A program made the position numbers and the translations under genes. The notes below the pieces were generated by a model. It was given only the letters and a program-made list of their open reading frames with translations. It was not told where the DNA came from and did not search any database. Source: Gekko japonicus (lineage: Eukaryota). Taken from it: a stretch of DNA of 64,000 nt. Below are positions 59,831-64,000 of this stretch, one piece after another. Location: NCBI RefSeq assembly GCF_001447785.1, contig NW_015170345.1:62001-126000 (forward strand), in the 5' to 3' direction. How positions within the stretch are numbered: the first letter of the stretch is position 1; every line of letters begins with the position of its first letter.

Positions 59831-62800
59831 TGGGTGGGTGTGGGAGGGTTGCCTCAGGATGGAGGCCCAAAGTCCTCTAGAATTAGATGAACGAGAAAAG
59901 AAGTCACTGCGCGAACTCGGGGGGGAGTGAATTGAGATGCTCTTTACTGGTGTGATGACTAGGAAGGGTGGAAATTGCAGACTCCCTCTCTCACTACTCT
60001 GGTGCTGAGGCACCTAAGGCTTAGCGAGGTCTGTAACTATTCCTCCTTTACTTCTGTGTGGCCACCTTCTCTGTTAATGGTGTATGATATGCGAGTTCTC
60101 TCTTTGGTCGCCTAGTTTCTAGATTCCATCTCAGTAGCACCTTAGAGACTAACAAGATTTTCAGAGTATAAACTTTTGATAATCCAGGTTCCCTTCATCA
60201 GACCCGTTTCGTTGGACACTCGAAAACTTATATCCTGAAACCCTTGTTGGGCTGTTAGGTACTACTGAGCTGCAATCTAGCTGTTTTACTGTTCCCTGGA
60301 AGGCCAGATAATGAAACTGAAGCTCAAATACTTTGGCCACCAAATGAGAAGGGAGCACTCACTGGAGAAGACCCTGATGCTGGGAAAGATTGAAGGTCAA
60401 AGAAGACGGGACGGCAAAGGATGAAATGGTTACACAGTGTCATAGATGAGGCGATGGCAGATGGCTGTTTTCCTGCATCCTCAGGGTGTGTGTGGACCTT
60501 TCTGCTACTGTTATTCACACAAACTAACTACTCTCAAAAAACGTTTCTGCAGCTTGTCATACATAGGCAAGCTTTATTTTATTTAAAGGTGGTCTGCCCA
60601 GTGTTGTATTTGGTCACGTTGATGAAGGGTGTTTTTCTGCATCCTCAGGGTGTGTGTTGACCCATCTTCAACAGTACCTTTCTGCTACTGTTATTCACAC
60701 AAACTATTGCCCCCTTCTCAGATGGGAGGGAGGTCATCACCTCCAATCCTGCTTGTCATTTTATACAGTTTGGATATTGGCAGTAATTAAGAAACATTAC
60801 CATTCCATTTTTAAAATAGGCTTTGGCTCCCTGCAGGTATGCTGCTTTAGCCACATCCATAGGTAGGTCAGTGCACATTATTCATATTCAAAATTCCTAT
60901 CTATTCTGTTTTGAGAAGCTGCAACCTCTGACCTCTACCTTCATTCGTTCTGTATAACAACCACATCTGTTCCAGTCCCTTTCACAGGAACTAACACAAT
61001 GATTTACAACAGGTTTGTATGGTACAGCTCCTTCTCCCCTCTTCCATGGAGTTTGGGAGGGTTCTTCATAAAATTCTTTTTTTTTAATTCCATGTCATGT
61101 GCACTTGACTCATGAAAATTTATCCTTGAATAAACACAGTCAAAGGTGCCACTTGATTTCTGTTTTATTTTATTGTATTTAAAGAAGAGGTTTTTCCTAG
61201 CTATGAGATATTTTTAGCTGGCGATTCCAGGACTGAATCTTTGATCTCCTATAATAAAAGTATGTGTTTAACTGCTAAGATATGGCCTCTTCCAAAGACT
61301 TGGCTGCTGTCAACTGTACAGTGTCCATTAATACTTTTGGAGGAGGTGCTGTATGGTTCTTTGAACAACTTCTTGGTGTCTAGATTTTGTTCTAGCTCAA
61401 AGTAGCGTAGCCCACCCTAATAGAAAAGAGTAATCACAGTGTCCGTTAATACTTTTGGAGAAGGAGGTGCTGTATGGTTCTTTGAACATCTTCTTGGTGT
61501 CTAGATTTAGTTCTAGCTCAAAGTATCGTAGCCCACCCTAATAGAAAAGAGTAATCTCATGCCAAATTATGTCCAAGAAAACTTAGTATAAATTCATGAC
61601 AAAAGCAGAGTACTAGAAATTGTATTCACGTAGTTGTGATATTGAATTGGGTAAATTGTCTGATGCTATTTTATATCAGTTTAAACCCACTAAAAAGGTT
61701 AATTAGACAGTTATGTGAAAATTAAAAATTTGAATGTGTAAATCTAATATATGAATTTATAACTCAAAAGCTTTACAGCCCAGTGTTATACGAAGACAGT
61801 TAAAAATGTGATGTTTTACGTAAGAAACTGAACTGCTTAACATAATTTTTACAGTCTACTTCTGGCATGAGAAATGTTTTATGAGTTGCTCAGTCATCAA
61901 ATATATGTAGTGCTGCATTATACAGTGACAGGTCTGTGGGGTATCATTCTTAGCATTTTGCAGGTATGGGGTTCAGGCCATATAAGTACAAGCGGGAAAC
62001 CACAAGGACTTGTGGGAGGCACCTGTTTTGTAGGGTGGACTTTATGGCATTATATTTTGCTGAGTTCTCTCCCCTCCCCAAACCCCATCTTCCTCATATT
62101 CCACCACAAAACGTCCATTTAAATGCCTCCTGAACTCACTCGCGGCACGCCACAATGGTGGCACAGCTTGAAAGAGTTCCCTGGGCGCCAGCATGTCTGG
62201 CCCATGGACCTCCTAAAAAAAATCATGGTCCGTGGGCAGTCCGTCAAAACTACAAATGCACAGACTAGGCAAATGGACCATGAACTGGGTCCCAGTCTGT
62301 CACAAAAATAGGTCTGTGGATGGGTCCATGCCCATCCCTACTGTTTTTGTTAAGTACAGCTTATTGTGAACTATACCGAAGAGAAAAAGTTATACTTCTA
62401 TGATCTGCAATTATAAACACTTTAAACTGTGTAACTTAAAATCTGATGTCCCCCAACCTTTTTTATAGTGAGAATGTTGTGGTTCTGGAAGGATGTTTAA
62501 ATAATGAAAACATAGCTCCATGTTTTCTCTACTTGCATTGTGATCCCCATGGTTCTGAAGAAATTATGAGTCTTGGCATTATTAGCGAAGCACGGAACAT
62601 GGAATTATATATAGGAGAAGAATATTGTGGAACTGGTAGAGGAGAAAAAGTCCTTGCTATCCAAAATGGCAGGTTAGTAGCTTTTTCTTTTTGGATTGTT
62701 CAGTCGAATTTTGAGTTAGGACATCACTATTACAGCCTTACAATATTGTCATTATTCCACAAGCCTTTTTACTAGTCAGCTTGCCTGTCCGCTGTGTGTC

Positions 62801-63868
62801 ATTCATTTGTGGCACATTGCCGGTCTAAAAGGGAAGAATTATGTTCATTCCTGTTTACAAAACCTTTCCCTTCCTGTCCATCTGGAGGCAATTCTTGCTT
62901 GCCAATAACAATAACATAACAATATAACCTAAACCTAGCACAATTAGGCTGGGTTATTTCTAATGAGCAGGACATTTTTAAGATGACATCTCCATACTGT
63001 TTTTAGAGACAGGAAGCACTGGCGTATTCAACAAAGTAAAGTATACAGATATGTCTCTTAAATGCTCATGAGTTGCCATTGGATTAAATAAGGTGGGGGG
63101 TGGATGGAAGAGCTGGATATTGACTATGGTATTGTGCTGTTGTGATGTACATTGTGGAAGGCAATGCTGCTGGGGTTTTGTTTCCCTTACTGACTTGGGC
63201 ATTGGTGTTAGCTTGCAGATAGTTTTTAGTTTAATGCAAACAGGCAGAAAGCAAACTTTTCTGCTAGTTGGGAAGCTCTGTTTTAGTTTAGAAAAGAAGC
63301 CCTGCTCTCCAATATCAAGAGGTTGAAGTGGTAGAGAAGATGACGGATTGTAATCAGACTGTGTATGGATAGGCAAGGGTAACTGGCTTCAGTTCTAAAG
63401 GTTATTGCAAAAGGAAGGTTATCTGGTCATGTCTGGTCAGTCTCTCCCAGCAATTCTGTGGGATGGGGCCATGTACATATGAGATATATAGTCCAAATGG
63501 TGATACACTGGAACCAAACTTAAATGGATGAGTGTCTGTACCACACACATGCAAAAGCAATTTTTCCTTGTGCCTGATGCTGATAAGGTATCTGGCCTTA
63601 TCCAAATTACTTAGAAAGCATCAAAGATGCTGAAATTTTCAATCATTTGTAAATCTAGAAATATTTCATATTGGGTATTACAAATGCAAGTATTATCTTG
63701 AAAAACACAATAGACTTAACTAACGATGTTGTGTTGTTAAATTAATCTAACATTGTTCTGTAGAAGGTTCACAGCATATTTATTTTATTTTCTAGAAAAA
63801 ATGACCAGGTTACATTATACAAAAAATATCTAAAATTGGACTGCCCCACAACCTCTTGTAAAGTTAAG
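59616..63868 (+). CDS. PAAT: PAAT / C10orf88 (ATPase PAAT), exons 1-3, continues beyond window
   Basis: Exons 59616-59812, 62469-62672 and 63796-63868 join in phase. SSSWEC..EELLGPP..PCFLYLHCDPHGSEEIMSLGIISEARNMELYIGEEYCGTGRG..LYKKYLKL..SCKVK matches recalled human C10orf88. Confidence 0.94.
60290..60442 (+). mobile_element. Bov-B/RTE LINE fragment
   Basis: LKLKYFGH..SLEKTLMLGKIEG coding remnant. Confidence 0.8.
61319..61557 (+). repeat. Tandem duplication, 2 x about 119 bp
   Basis: cagtgtcc.ttaatacttttggag..aatagaaaagagtaatc occurs twice. Confidence 0.9.
62469..62672 (+). CDS. PAAT: PAAT exon 2
   Basis: tag|TGAG..GGCAG|gttag, 204 nt. Confidence 0.95.
63796..63868 (+). CDS. PAAT: PAAT exon 3
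   Basis: tag|AAAA..GTTAAG|gtagg, 73 nt. Confidence 0.92.
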
Positions 63869-64000
63869 GTAGGAAGTACCATAAATTATTTCTTAACTTT
63901 GGGAATCATGTTTTTCAAATATTTATTTTAGATCTGAACTAGCCAGTTGGTGTTGGAAGAAAGATACAAGGCTGTAGCTTATACTTGAAGAGATAAATTT

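Noticed and set aside
59372-60013. 213-aa antisense ORF over PAAT exon 1
   Set aside because: Typical stop-poor shadow of a CpG island; no domain resemblance.

Overview
Vertebrate genomic DNA, inferred to be a squamate (probably a gecko) from its Sauria, Squam3-type and 5S-derived SINEs. There are three assembly gaps (8502-8911, 17101-17118, 57941-58183). Three intron-containing genes were assembled by hand from splice sites and reading phases. (1) PSTK on the minus strand: exons 2-6 lie at 1612-7484; exon 1 is not visible and probably falls in the 8502-8911 gap. (2) A 22-coding-exon ADAM9-like metalloprotease-disintegrin on the minus strand (15765-51968), with signal peptide, prodomain, furin site, intact HELGHNLGMNHD zinc motif, disintegrin, Cys-rich, EGF, TM and Pro-rich tail. 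(3) The first three exons of PAAT/C10orf88 on the plus strand (from 59616). The main point of interest is the ADAM gene. It sits between PAAT and PSTK, where I know of no human ADAM, in the FGFR2/HTRA1 block that is paralogous to the FGFR1/HTRA4/ADAM9 block, so it may be an ADAM9 ohnolog lost in humans. Its disintegrin exon carries an 11-nt T8+GGA frameshifting insertion that also creates a new in-frame splice acceptor. It has also lost a disulfide pair beside the Met-turn, and a relic copy of its hypervariable-region exon sits in intron 15. The rest is TE-rich intron and intergenic DNA: hAT MITEs with 8-bp TSDs, a Helitron-like element, a chimeric SINE, RTE/CR1/L2 fragments and local tandem duplications. 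Nearly all ORFs in the supplied track are spurious.
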